A stretch of DNA of 64,000 nucleotides from the human T2T-CHM13v2.0 reference genome, Homo sapiens (GCF_009914755.1 NC_060933.1), one strand, 5' to 3'; shown: positions 23,736-44,464, counted from the first letter of the stretch. Notes: a model not told the origin generated them from the sequence alone. Numbers and translations are program-made.

Positions 23736-24889
23736 ATAAGCTCTTCTTCATGAAGACATGAGTCCCATTTTCTACGCAAGTGCCTGCAGTTCCTTGGCTG
23801 AAGGAAGGAGACAACAGCTCTCATAAAGGACCTTTGTGAGGGTTAAATATTAATATATTTGCAGCAAGTGTTTTAAACTCTAGCTCTAGTTAATCTTTCT
23901 GCTCCCCTCTACAGCTTCTCATCTCCCCCAAATTCACTATTTTCTCAAGACTAAAACTGGATCAGTGGCTTCCCATGATGCTTAAATCATGACTTGATCC
24001 ACTGTTACTTGATCCATTAAGTAATAAATCAGTAAACCTCTGCTGAGTGTCCATAATGTGCCATCTCCTGGGCCCAGGTCCATGAACCAAGCTTCGATCT
24101 CAGGGAGCTTCTGTCTCTACCTGAGCATGTATAGGCTCAGACAGGGCTCAGAGCACAGCCATCTGCAGTAGGTTTCTCAAACTGCTCTTCACCATCTGGG
24201 GTACCATGACAACTACTGCGTTCCCCCTCTTCAATTGGGGATAATAATAATAATATTCCTCTCAGAGGGTTACTGCAATGATTTAATGAGATCATCATGT
24301 TACTGGCCTGTCCATAGTAAGTCCTTAAGACCTCAATAAATGTTTGTTATTATTAAGTCTTTACAAGCCTGGAGAAGTTAAATAATAATGTATTTAAGGA
24401 TCTAAAGTGCTGCATAATAAATGCTGGATTATGTATTTTACCCTAAATCTTCTAGAGCTTTTCATCCCAAATCTCCTTGTAGTTCCATGTGCTACAAAAC
24501 AGCTTCATTCAGTGGTGTATGACTAAATGTCTATCAACAGGCCTTATAGGGAGTTATTATATATATTTTATGAGTTTATTATAAATTTTACTGATATAAA
24601 GAATATATAGCACACAATTTACTACTAATAGTAAAATATACAATACTCTATCACAAATTTTATGCACCTATGACTTCACTTTGAACTGCTATTTCTTGTA
24701 AAATCCAGAAGAGTATTTAATAGTTTTGTTGCCAACATGAGAGAACTTCACTTGCGCAATGATATGGGTGACTTCTAATAATTAGTCAAATAAATAGAAA
24801 GTGATGAGTTTGAGCATTCAATACCTGTGTGTTTAATATAATGTATTTAATTACAAGTTTATATGATTTAATTTTTCATAAATGATTGT

Positions 24890-27162
24890 TGATATGGTTT
24901 GGTTGTGTCCCCCACCCAAATCTCATCTTGAATTTTAACTCCCACAATTCCCATGTGTTGTGAAAGGGACCTGGTGGGAGGTAATTGAATCATGGGAGTG
25001 GGTCTTTCCCATGCTATTCTCATGATAGTGAATAAGTTTCATGAGATCTGATGGTTTTAAAAACGAGAGTCTCCCTGCACAAGCTCTCTTGTCTGCTGTC
25101 ATGTGAGATGTGCCTTTCACCTTCCACCATGATTATGAGGCCTCCCCAGCCACATGGAACTGTAAGTCCAATAAACCTCTTTCTTTTGTGAATTGCCCAG
25201 TCTCAGGTATGTCTTTACCAGCAGTGTGAAAATGGACTAATACAGTAAATTGGTACCGGGAGTGGGGCATTACTGAAAAGATCCAAAAATGTGGAAGTGA
25301 CTTTGGAACTGGGTAACAGGAGAGGTTGGAACAGTTTGGAGGGCTCAGAAGAAGATAGGAAAATGTGGGAAAGTTCAGAACTCCCTAGAGACTTGTTAAA
25401 GGGCTTTGACAAAAATGCTGCTAGTGATACGAACAATAAGGTCTAGGCTGAGGTGATCTCAGATGGAGATGAGGAACTTGTTGGAAACTGGAGCATAGGT
25501 GATTCTTCTTATGTTTTAGCAAAGAGACTGCTGGCATTTTGCCCCTGCCCTAGAGATTTGTGGAACTTTGAACTCGAGAGAGATGATTTAGAGTATCTAG
25601 CAGAAGAAATTTCTAAGCAGCAAAGCATTCAAGAGGTGACTTGGGTGCTATTAAAGACATTCAGTTTCAAAAGGGAAACAGAGCATAAAAGTTTGGAAAA
25701 TTTGCAGCCTAACAATGCAATAGAAAAGAAAATTCCATTTTCTGAGGAGAAATTCAAGCCAGCTGCAGAAATTTGCATAAGTAGCAAGGAGCCAAACATT
25801 AATCTCCAAGACAATGGGGAAAATGTCTCCATTGCATGTCAGAGACCTTTGCAGCAGCCCCTGCCATCACAGGCATGGAGGCCTAGAGGAAAAAGTGGTT
25901 TTGTGGGCCAGGCCCAGGGTCCTCATGTTTTGTGCAGCCTAGGGACTTGGTTCCCTACATCCCAGTCACCCCAGCCATGGCTGAAAGGGGCCACCATAGA
26001 GCTCCAGCCATGGCTTTAGAGGGTGCAAGCATCAAGCCTTGGCAGCTTCCATCTGGTGTTGAGCCTGGGAGTGCACAATAGTCAAGAATTGAGGTTTGGG
26101 AACCTCCGCCTGGATTTCAGAAGATGTATGGAAACACCTGGATGTCCAGGCAGAAGTTTGCTGCAGGGGCAGCGCCCTCATGGAGAACCTCTGCTAGGGC
26201 AGTGTGGAAGGGAAATGTGGGGTGAGGGCGCCTACACAGAGTCCCTACTGGGGCACTGCCTAGTGGAGCTGTTAGAAGAGGGCTATCATCCTCCAGGATG
26301 GTAGATCCACTAACAGCTGGCACCATGTGCCTGGAAAAGCCACAGACACTCAATGCCAGCCTGTGAAGGCAACTGGGAGGGAGGCTGTACCCTGCAAAGC
26401 CACAGGGGCAGAGCTACTTAAGACCATGGGAAGCCACCTCTTGCATCAGCATGACCTGGATGTGAGACCTGGAGTTAAAGGAGATCGTTTTGGAGCTTTA
26501 AGAATTGACTGCCCCACTAGATTTCAGACTTGCATGGCGCCTGTAGTCCCTTTGTTTTGGCCAATTTCTCCCATTTGGAATGGCTATATTTACCCAATGC
26601 CTATACCCCCATTGTATTTAGGAAGTAACTAAACTAACTTGCTTTTGATTTTACAGGCTCATAGGTGGAAGGGACTTGCCTTGTCTCAGATGAGACTTTG
26701 GACTGTGGACCTTTGAGTTAATACTGAAATGAGTTAAGACTTTAGGGGACTGTTGGTAAGGTATAATTGGTTTTGAAATGTGAGGACATGAGATTTGGGA
26801 GGGGCCAGGAGCAAAATGATACGAACTGGCTGTGCCCCAACCCAAATCTCATCTTGAATTCTAACACTCACAATTCCCACGTGTTGGTGGGAGGTAATTG
26901 AATCATGGGAGCAGGTCTTTCCCATGCTATTCTCATGATAGTGAATTACTCTCACAAGATCTGATGGTTTTAAAAATGGGAGTCTCCTTGCACAAGCTCT
27001 CTTCTCTTGTCTGCCACCATGTGAGATGTGCCTTTCACCTTCCACCGTGATTGTGAGGCCTCCCCAGCCACATGGGACAGTAAGTCCAATAAACCTCTTT
27101 CTTCTGTAAATTGCCCAGTATCTGGTATGTCTTTATCAGCAGTGTGAAAACAGTCTAATACA
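24890..27162 (+). mobile_element. Complete THE1 (THE1B/C-like) MaLR provirus: LTR 24890-25244, internal 25245-26816, LTR 26817-27162
   Basis: Two ~350-bp TGATA...CTAATACA LTRs enclose a ~1.57-kb THE1 internal region. 5-bp TSD ATTGT/AGTGT. Confidence 0.93.
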
Positions 27163-28283
27163 AGTGTTTTTAACAATTAGCTTGCAAAATTTAATAATTT
27201 AATAATCAACTCTCTTGGCCAGGCACAGTGGCTCACGCCTGTAATCCCAGCACTTTGGGAGGCCGAGGCAGGCAGATCATGAGGTCTGGAGTTGAAGACC
27301 AGCCTGGCCAACATGGCGTCTCTACTAAAAATACAAAATTTAACCGGGTGTGGTGGAAGGCACCTGTAATCCCAGCTACTCAGGGAACTGAGGCAGGAGA
27401 ATTGCTTGAACCTGTGAGGCAGAGATTGCAGTGAGCCAGCATCATGCCACTACACTCCAGCCTGGGCAACAAGAGCAAGTCCATCTCAAAAAAAAAAAAC
27501 AATAATAATAATCAGCTCTCTTAAGCTAACAGAGCCAGTTCCATCTCAGAGATAAGGAAAATTTAGTATTGGGATCAGATCCATAACTGCTTGGCTATAT
27601 TTCATTATAATTTTGTTATTTTAAATATCTTTATTATAATTTATTAATACTCCTAAGGAACTTTATTGTAAGCTCATAGTTTTGTGTGTGTTTTCTTGAA
27701 ATAAGATCTCACTCTGTCACCCAGACTGGAGCATGATCTCAGCTCACTGCAGACTTGACTTCCTGGGCTCAAGTGATCCATCTGCTTCGGCCTCCCAAAG
27801 TGCTGGGATTACAGGTGTGAACCACTGTGCCCAGCCAAGCTCATAGTTTAGAAAATGATAAACCTAATTCAATTGCTACCAATTTGTGAGGATTCTAGCT
27901 TTCCCTCCCCTCACCTTTATCATCATAAAGTCATTTATTACTTCCAAAAAAAAACTTATAAAAATTATAGACTTAACGTTTCTTCTCTAATGGTTATTAC
28001 GGACTAATATTTTTTGAGCTGATATACAGAAAGCAAAATCAAGTGCAGGTCAAATTTTGGGCATAGAAATTAAAACACGAGGACAGATTGAGTATTTTAG
28101 AAAGGATTTGAATTTGAATACCTTAGGCAAGGAAGGCTGGCACCCTCAGAGCATTCCTGCCACACCCTGCTGTTACACTCAGCTGCTTAGGTCCCATGTG
28201 GATTAAAGACAAGCAAGTTCACAGGAATTGTCTAGTGTGGCTGTTTACTGTCATCTTGTGCATAGGGAAGGAATTTAAGAACC

Positions 28284-28595
<312 letters not shown>

Positions 28596-29988
28596 AAGAA
28601 CCAAGCCCCCAAATCATACTAAGTCATTGAAAAGCTGCATGTGTACTGATTTCTTATGGTAATTGTCAAGAATATCTAAAATAATTCATGAACTGGCTTA
28701 GACTGGTTCCTGGCATGTAGTAAGCACACAGTCAAATTAAGTTGCCATTATTATTATTGAGTGTGTATTTCATGATTGAGGGAATCTAGTCATCTAGAAC
28801 ATGGTCAGAACGTGTGGGAAAAAAAATTAAAGGGGTTTGGTTCATTTCAGTCAACTGGGGGAGGATGGCCTTGAAGACAGCTGATACACAGCCTTGGTGA
28901 AAATAAGTTTGGAAAGAATAGTTTTAGTTCCTCAATCACTCTTAATATTAATCTCTCTTTCTCATACTTGTTTCTCTCCCTTCTATCTCTTGCTCCCTGT
29001 CTCCCCGTCCCTTCCCCCCTTCATCTCCCCCTCCTGTCTCCTCTCTCTTTTCTTTCTTTTTTTTTTGAGACGGAGTCTCACTCTGTCGCCCAGGCTGGAG
29101 CGCAATGGCATGACCTTGGCTCACTGCAACCTCCGCCTCTTGAGTTCAAGCAATTCTCTGCCTCAGCCTCCTGAATAGCTGGGATCGCAGGTGCCTGCCA
29201 CCATGCCCAGCTAATTTTTTGTATTTTTAGTAGAGACGGGGTTTCACCATCTTGGCCAGGTTGGTATTGAACTCCTGATCTCGTGATCCACCCGCCTCGG
29301 CCTCCCAAAGTGCTAGGATTCCAGGCATGAGCCACTGCGCCCGGCTCTCTCTTTTCTTTCAGGGAGCGGAGTGAGGCATTGAGATCGGGTGGGTTTTGTT
29401 GTGGTTCTGGCTCCTCCCCTTCTAGCTCCCTCAAGTTGGAAGATTCCGAAAAATGCTGTAAACCTCATTTTTCTTATGTGAGTAATGGAACTAATGTCAT
29501 ATTTGCTGAAAGAAAAAACCCTGCCAGACCAGAATTCTATAACCAGAGAAAATACCTTTCAAAAATGAAGGTGAACTGAAATACAATTCCTAAGTAACTG
29601 AATTCTGTGCTTGTAATTGCTATGTGGTGCCTGTTCAGTGTCAGTTACTGGGTAAGATTCTAAAGATAAGTATATAAACAAGGAAAATACGGTTTGTTTT
29701 ATGGCTTCAAAAATATTCCATGAACCTCATGAGAGACCATCAAAGTTCTGGATTCCTTCAAAGAATAACAGGGAAAGAGGCAAAAACAACAACAACAACA
29801 GCAACAACAAAAACACTAAGTTTTGTTTTGTTTTAATTTTTTTTTTTTTTTCCTCAAAAGACATTTCAGCCGGGTGCAATGGCTCATGCCTGTAATCTCA
29901 GCACTTTGGGAGGCCAGGGCGGGCAGATTTTCTGAGCTCCGGAATTCAAGACCAGCCTGGGCAACATGGCGAAACTCCGTCTCTACTA

Positions 29989-30207
<219 letters not shown>

Positions 30208-30645
30208 TCAAGACTATGTTTTTATTCACAAAGTATATTAGACACTCATAAATTAATATGTTCTTTCCATAAGAGATGGCTGGATGTGTTTTCTTGTTGT
30301 TGTTTTGTTTTTGAGACGGATTCTCGTGCCTCAGCCTCCCGGGTAGCTGGGATTACAGGCGCCCACCACTATGCCCGGCCAATTTTTGTATTTTTAGTAG
30401 AGACTTCACCATGTTGACCAGGCTGGTCTCGAACTCCTGGACTCAAGCAATCTGTCCGCCATGGCCTCCCAAAGTGCTGGGATTACAGGCGTGAGCCGCC
30501 GCGCCCAGCCAGGATTTGCAACATAGCTGTGAATCAACGAATTTTTTTTGTTGTTATTTGAGGCTAATGTTTCCAAAATCATGGAAAAAGGCTGCCTGGC
30601 AAATCAGTATAATCCTACTATTTAGGCCTAAAACAGTCTCCTTAC

Positions 30646-31700
30646 TTTATGAAAAAGGCCGTGATGGGACCAGCGCCCCCACAGCCACACTGCAAAGAGG
30701 GTCCCAGACTCAGGCTCAGAAGAAGCAGCGCTCCCTGCAGGCCCCGAAGCTGGGTGGCACAAGCCGGGTCGCGGCTCTGGCGGGAGCGCGGGGACCTGCG
30801 GATCAGCACTAGCGCCGCTTCCAGGGTCATCCCTACTCTCAGGCTCAGGGGGCCCATCAGCCGCATGACCTGAAGCTTCTCTCAAGGAACCCCAAACCCC
30901 CCAACGCGGGGGACAGTCTCATCCGAGGACCACCCAGCCCCAGGGTGGCCCAGTCCCTGGACCGCTCCGCCACAGGACAACTCGGGGACTGCCCATCCGA
31001 GCACATCCTGTCCGAGGACCTTCCAGCGCCTGAGGATGCAGAGCAGGGGAAGGCGGGAAGCTCAGATGTCGTGTCCAGTACCTGCAGGCCCCAGAACTCG
31101 AGGCAGCCCCTGAGGCCGCAGTCCAGCCAGCGAGTAGGGAGGCCGGTCCAGGCAGCTCCGGCTCTCGCACGTCGGGGGACTCCCCAGGCTCCAGGCTCGC
31201 TCTGCGGCGCTCCTCCCGGGCCAGCTTCAGGATGGAAACGACAGGGCCCGCACGAGCATCTGAACGCTGATGTCCCGGCCATTCCTTAGCTGGCCGGCTC
31301 ACCCCCATGCCCTGCCCTCGGTGTGGTGTGGTGGGGTGGGGTGTGGGTAGGTGTTCCTTTCTGCTCTGAGAGGCTATTGCCGCTCCATTTTAAGCCACAG
31401 GATGTAAAAGGAAATTTCACATGACTTGCAGAACTGTCTGGGAAGTCCCCACCTCTCCTCATAGCAGACTCCTGCGGTAAGCCACGCTAACCTCCCTCCT
31501 CTCCAGATTCTCTTCTGCTAAAGATTTTCTTGGTTTCTTTCCTCCTCTGAGCTGGCTCACACCTTATGTGGGTGTGCTTCCAGCGCTCAGAGGTCACAGA
31601 CGCTCATTCCCGCCCTTTGGCGGCGTGGTTCCGACCCCCAACTCTTCCCGCAGCCCAGCCCCTCCTGCTGGGAAGGTGAAGAGGCGTCTGGCGGGACTTC
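30646..31700. promoter_or_regulatory. CpG/GC-rich island, probable promoter or first-exon region
   Basis: The largest non-repeat GC- and CpG-rich block in the window. Minus-strand donor AAA|GTAAGG at 30646/30645, plus-strand donor GCG|GTAAGC at 31476/31477, kB-like GGGAAGTCCCC at 31440-31450. Confidence 0.6.
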
Positions 31701-32090
31701 TCAAGGGATGGAAGAACCTAGAAAGGAAAAAGTAGGCCACATAGCAAGAATGCCAGGGGTGCCTCAGACGGCATAGCGGCTTCTCAGACTGATCCTGTTA
31801 AAGAACTGAAATAGCAGATGCTCCCTGAAATGTTTCAAGACCCCCAAATGTGGTGACTGTCCCTGGAGAGGTACCCAGAAGCCATTTAAATCCTTTTGCC
31901 TGGAGAATCTGCAGAGCTCACAGTGGCTCATTCTGCCTTTGGCAGAAAAATAAAATGCCTCAGGTAACAAACTGAGTCAGTTTTTACATTTTCCCTCTAG
32001 GCCCTGACTTTAGGCAGCAGCTGCCTGAAGCCGGCTCTATAATTTATTTTTATCTTGCTCCTCTGTGACATGAGACAAGAAATACACCTA

Positions 32091-32964
<874 letters not shown>

Positions 32965-33059
32965 TAGTTCTCTGTATAAGTGCCTGACCAAGCATTTTAC
33001 AAATAATGGTATAATTTGCTGTCAGTGCATCACATTGTGTCTGTCAAAATGTTATTTTC

Positions 33060-34390
<1,331 letters not shown>

Positions 34391-34394
34391 TTCA

Positions 34395-34742
<348 letters not shown>

Positions 34743-34778
34743 TTATGCAGAGTTCTTGGTTGGATTTATGGATGATAA

Positions 34779-35027
<249 letters not shown>

Positions 35028-35665
35028 TGAACTCCTGACCTTGTGATCCACCTGCCTCGGCCTCCCAAAATGCCGGGATTACAGGCATGAGCCACCGAGC
35101 CTGGCCCCACCTTTTCACTCTTAAATCCAGATTTTTAATGAACAGAAGTTCTTGGCCTTAATAGAGAAAAATGTTTTTAATGGAGTCATTGTTTCCCTTT
35201 GTGGCTAGTGCTTTTTATGCTGTTTGAGAGCACTGTGCTTATCTGAGGTTTTATGAAAAGGCAGTACTGAGAGTTGGCAGGTGGATCTGCTTGCCCAAGG
35301 CTGGGAGCGAGAATCAGTGTAGAGCCAGTTGGGCTTCAAGGCCTTTGCCCAAGACTTTCTAAAAGCTGCTTTAAGGTTTTACTATGTCAGGGCTACAAGT
35401 TCTGCCTTTGAAACTTTCCACATTCTCTAGCAACTTAAATTCTTTTTTTTTTTTTTTTTTTTTGAGACAGAGTTTTGCTCTTGTTGCCCAGTCCTTTCTT
35501 TCTGACAGATTTGATGGCAAACTCATTCCTAATTGCCTGGCTTCTTGGTAGATGAAACCCCCTTCTCTTCCCAGGGCACTAGGTCTCTCTTTGGGAATCT
35601 GCCCCTGTAGAGAGCTGCCCTGTTCACTGCAGCTCCAAAATACTGGAGAAAAACTTAAATGTCTA

Positions 35666-36195
<530 letters not shown>

Positions 36196-36452
36196 CTATT
36201 GGAGGGGAGGGGTTTTCTCTTGGAAGGGCAGGTACTGAGGGCTGTGGTGAGCCGAGGGCAGATGCTTCACTTTAATTTTATATCTTTTTAAAAAATTGTG
36301 GGATTATTGTTGGTTTTAACCTTATTTGTATGCTTTATCTTCCTCTGTAATTTTCCTAGTGAAACTAATAAAACAAGGCCAAGGCAGGAGGATCTCTTGA
36401 GGCCAGGAGCTCGAGAGGAGGCTGGGCAACATAGTGCAACCCGCCTTCTCTA

Positions 36453-36794
<342 letters not shown>

Positions 36795-37959
36795 TCACAC
36801 ACTAAATAAAACAAAGTTAAGACAGGAAGGAGAGAGATTTTGTCTCAGATGTCTGCATCCTTACCTTCAGACCCAGTCTCTGACTTTGTTTTCTAGTGAG
36901 ATAAAAATAAATAGGCCCCCACATGTCAGAGTTGAATGATTTCTTAGAACTCGTGATCCAGTGACCTCCTTTTTCAGGTGATGCAGGGGTGCCGGCCCTC
37001 ACCTGGAACCTGCAGTTCAGGTTAAAATGTTGGCTTTGCCACTTGTGGGTAAGGTCCCCTTTAGGGAAGTGATTTTCCATCTCCTAGCCTTCACCCCTGC
37101 AAACCCAGCTCCATGGTAATTGTAACAGTTTTCTGACTGCTAACAACCTACAGAAAAGAAGCTGGAGAAAAGTCACAACAAACAGGAGACAAGTGCAGTC
37201 CTCCTGTCTGGAGGTGTTAAAATATTCGGGCGGTGCTCAAAGGGCACCAGTGACATTTGTTTGCATCTCAATGGCATTTAAGGATAATCTATGCTGAGCA
37301 GCTTATTTCATCAAGCAGGAAGTGAGACCCAGAAAGCAAAGTCTTTTGCCAAAGAGTTCCTTAGGCAGGGACAGGTTCCAGGACAAAGGAGAGAGTGAAA
37401 GCTGCAGGAAGCTTGTCCTTCTCTCCACTAAGGAGACAATTCACAATCCCCAAAATGTGTCTCCTTTCTGGGAACTCTTTATCTCTGCACCTTGAAAGCT
37501 ATCATCTCTCCAGGTGTTCTGGGCTCTGGTAGCCTTTTCTAGATAGGTGGGGAAGAGGTAGAGAACTTAGGCCAAGACTTGTCAAGAGTTTCCAAGGGCA
37601 ATTTGGGGAAAAGATGAGAGGAGGACATGAACATCTGTTCCCAGCTGGGCTCATTGACTCAATCCTGTAATCTTAGCACTTTGGGAAGCCAAGGCGGGAG
37701 GTTTGCCTTGCAGTCAGGAGTTCGAGACCAGCCTGGGCAACATAGCGAGACCCCCACCCTCCCTGCCACCATCTCTACTAAAAAAGAAAAAAGAAAATAG
37801 ACATCTGTCCCTAGGTGGAGGAGGGTTGGTGTTTCTCTTAGGAATACCTGTTTCCATGGAAACATAGGGATGACACCAGTCCCCAGGCCTGAGTTGGCAG
37901 CACAGCTCTACCGCACAACCATGCGGGCTGAGAGCAGTTTCAGTGTCCACCCTCCTGGA

Positions 37960-38277
37960 GCCGTGCTGCTCAGGAGAAATATAATGTCAGCCACATATGT
38001 AACATTACGTTTACACTAATAACATTCAACTAAAAAGAACCAGGTGAAATTGATTTTAATAATACATTTCATTTTACCCAATATGTCAAAAATGTTATTT
38101 TCACATGTAATGCATATAAAAATCACTGAGATAGGTCACATTCTGTTTTCCATGGTAAATCTCCAAAATCTGGTGTGTGTCCTGTCGTCTACTCACAGCA
38201 CAACTCAATTCGGCCTCGCCATGTTCAGGTGCACAATCATTGTGTGTGGACCAGGGCTGCTGTCCTGGATAGCACAG
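37960..38277. mobile_element. MER33-like hAT-Charlie element
   Basis: AGAAATATAATGTCAGCCACATATGTAA start and TGGATAGCACAG end. Confidence 0.7.
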
Positions 38278-38859
38278 GACAAGTGAACACGAACACCCTC
38301 CCTGCCCTTCTCCTCCCACACCTGCTAGTCTGTAAGAGGAGGAAGCAGCCCTTCTCGGGTTCAGTGTGGTAGTTCATGGTGGCTGAGACGGGCCAGAATC
38401 CCAGGGCTGCTCTGAGAGAGGAGCTCAGTCTGTGCTCTGGCCTTCTCTCTCAAAGAAATGGAGATAGGCCCAGCACTTTGGGAGGCTGAGGCAGGAGGAT
38501 TGCTTGAGCCCAGGAGTTCAAAATCAGCCTGGGGAGCATAGTGAGACTTTGTCTCTAGAAAACAACAACAACAACAAAAATTATCCAAGTATGGTAGCAC
38601 ATGCCTGCAGTCGAGGCTGCTCAGAAGGCTGAGATGAAAGGATTGCTTGAGCCCCAGAGGTTGAGACTACAGTAAGCTGTGATCACACCACTGTACTCCA
38701 GCCTGGGTGACAGAGAAGACCCTGTCTCAAAAAAAAAAAGAAAAGAAAAGAAAAGAAAGAAAAGGGATAAAAGGATTAGGGGAGATTGTGAGGACTAATT
38801 AATACACATGAGGACTTAGGGTAGGACTTGGCCTAAAGGAAAGAGCAAAATACACCAAC

Positions 38860-39700
<841 letters not shown>

Positions 39701-40321
39701 TCAACTGGATCTAGAAACCAAATGATACCAGGTAGATTTTTTTTTAAAGCAAATCATTTTTATTTTTATTTTTAAAAACTTATTTATTTATTCATGTATT
39801 TAGAGACGGGGTTTCACTGTTTCCTGGGCTGGAGAGCAGTGGTGCAATCACAGCTCACTGCAGCTTTGACTTTCTGGGCTCAAGTGATCCTCCCACTTCA
39901 ACTTCCTGAATAGCTGGGACCACAGGCACCTACCATGCCAATCTAATTCTTCTTTTTTTAGACGAAGTCTCACTCTGTCATCCAGGCTGGAGTACAGTGG
40001 TGCAATTTTGGCTTACTGCATTCTCTGCCTCCCGGGTTCAAGCGATTCTCCTGCCTCAGCCTCCTGAGTAGCTGGGATTACAGGCGAGCTCCACCACGCC
40101 TGGCTAATTTTTGTATTTTTAGTAGAGACAGGGTTTCACCACGTTGGTCAGGTTGGTCTCGAACTCCTAACTTTGTGATCCGCCTGCCTCAGCCTCCCAA
40201 AGTGCTGAGATTACAGATGTGAGCCACCATGCCCAACCTCTGTAGTGAGTCTCAACAGAGCAGAGTTCATTGCACAGCATTGGATGACCCAGCCCCTACC
40301 CCCGATTTTACTTGAGAATGA

Positions 40322-40964
<643 letters not shown>

Positions 40965-41017
40965 AAACCTGTAATCCCAGCACTTTGGGAGGCCGAGGCG
41001 GGCAGATCACGAGGTCA

Positions 41018-41344
<327 letters not shown>

Positions 41345-42641
41345 TTAATTTCCTTCCCTCTTTCCCAACACTCCTCCTCCTCCCATTCTCTCTTCTGGAA
41401 ATCCTGTCATAACATTGGAATCCATGAACTTAATCTCTGATTTTAACATTTTCATTTTCATCTCTGTACTTTTGCTCCACCTTCTGAGAGATTTCCCCAA
41501 CTTGCTCTTCCAACTATTCTACTAAGTTTTTAATTACTCACCTTTTGTTTTTCCTCTGTTCTGAATGCTCTTTTTAACAGCAACCTCTTTGTTTTTCATA
41601 GTTATATATTCATATGCATACTCTAAATAGGCATAGATAGATGTGTAATATCATCAAAGAAATTCTAAATATGTGAACATGATAATACATTTCCATAGTT
41701 TTGTTCCTCCAACTTGCTTCTGTCTCTGCTTGTTTTGGCCCATATCTTCCATTTTAGAGGCTTTGTCTGGTAAATCTTGGTTGTCTGCTCAGGGTTTTTT
41801 CTTTTTTGGGGGATAGGGTCTCACTCTGTTGGTCAGTCTGGAGTGCAATGGTGCAACCAAAGCTTATTGTAGCCTCCATGGTTTCTTGGGCTTAAGTGAT
41901 CCTCCTCCCTCAGCCTCCCAAGTAGCTGGGAGTACAGGCATTTGCCACCACTCCTGGCTAGTGTTATGAGTTTTTTTGTAGAGACAGGGTCTGGCTATGT
42001 TGCCCAGGCTGGGCTCCAACACCTAGGCTCAAGCAATCTGCCTGCCTCGGCCTCTCAAAGTGCTGAGATTACAGGCGTGAACCATTGCACCCAGCCTGGC
42101 TTGCAGTTAGAAATATGGAACTGAACAACTTATTGGAAGTCTTGTAAGTAGGTGTGGCTTGTTTACCTTGCAATTCACCGTGAGGTCTGTGTGTATGCTA
42201 TTAGGGAACCCAATACGTGTATCAATATTACTTGCTTTTTCCTCATGTACTGTTCAGATTCTCCAGAAAGTAGTCTTCCAATTTCCTGTTTGAAGGGTTC
42301 TTATGTGGTTTTAGCATTCTGTGAGCCAAGAGGGCTGGGGCTGTCAGCAATCAGTTTGCATCAATGTAATTGCGTCCCTTTTTGAGGAATGTGCCCTTAA
42401 GCTCAACTGTTGTGGTCAACTCTCAGCCCAAAGGTCCTCTCAAGAAAATAGACCTCCAGCGTTCTGCTGAATGTTACCCAGCCCTGTGGGGTGGGGAATG
42501 GGATCGAGGGATCCAACTGCTTCTTAAACATCTTGATTCTCAGCTGAACTCGCTTCTGGCCTAGAATTATCTTTCTTAGGCTAGGTGTGGTGTCTCACAC
42601 CTGTAATTCCAGCACTTTGGGAGGCCAAGGTGTGCAGATTA

Positions 42642-42896
<255 letters not shown>

Positions 42897-43281
42897 TCAT
42901 CTTTCTTAGGTTTGCAAAATTAATCATTAGTTTTCTTTATTTTTCCAGCTTTCAAAGTTGATTGCTGTTTTCTCGTTTCCTGTTAAGGGAGTATTAGATT
43001 TTTCCAATGTTGGCTACCACAATATCTCTAACTCTATACCCTCTTCTTGCAATAATTTTGACACTTGAAAAGTAGAGTCTCTGTTTTCTCCTCTTAGATT
43101 TGCATGGGTTTTTGACTAGGATGAAGTTGATTCTCTGCAACTTCTAAAATGAGGTCATAAAAGAAGGTCATTTCCACCTGGTTTTCTTGGGAAGCTATGT
43201 CATGAAGAAGCCCAAACTAGTCCATGCAGAGATACCACATAGTGGGGCTATGTGTAGTTGTTTCAGCCAAAAGTCCAGTGA

Positions 43282-43677
<396 letters not shown>

Positions 43678-44302
43678 TAGAGATGAGGTCTTGCCATGTT
43701 GCTCAGGCTGGTGTCAAACTCCTGGGCTTAAGCGATCCTCCTGCCTTGGCCTCCCAAAGTGCTGGGATTATAGGCATGAACCACCTTGCCCAACTATCAA
43801 TTCTATTTTTTTTTGAGACAGAGTCTCCCTTTGTCACCCAGGCTGGAGAGCAACGGCGAAACCTCGGTTCACTGCAACCTCTGCCTCCCAGGTTCAAGCA
43901 ATTCTCCCTGCCTCAGCCTCCCGAGTAGCTGGGATTACAGGAGCCCACCACCATGCCCGGCTAATTTTTGTATTTTTAGTAGAAACAGGGTTTCGTCATG
44001 TTGGTCAGGCTGGTCTCGAACTCCTGACCTCAGGTGATCTGCCCACCTCGGCCTCCCAAAGGGCTGGGATTACAGTGATGAGCCACCACGCCCGGCCTTA
44101 TTGATTCTTAATATGTGAATGAAGATGACTCCCGATGATCCAGCCCCAGCCATTGAGTTGTCCTAGCTGAGGCCCTAGACACTGTGGAACAGAGACAAGC
44201 CATCCCTGGTCTGCTCAGTTTAAATTCTTGAGCCATAGGATTTGTGTGTATAGTAAATGATGGTGGCAAAGCTGCAGCACTAAATTTGGGGATGGTCTGT
44301 GA

Positions 44303-44464
<162 letters not shown>

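Noticed and set aside
25453-26632. 188-, 93- and 101-aa ORFs in the THE1 internal region
   Set aside because: They are fragments of the generic THE1 internal ORF, broken by frameshifts and stops, with no sign of domestication.
30642-30866. Peptide ALLLLSLSLGPSLQCGCGGAGPITAFFIK loosely resembling GLUT/SLC2A TM1
   Set aside because: The similarity is short, lacks the GYN/N-x-P signature, and no downstream transporter exons are visible.
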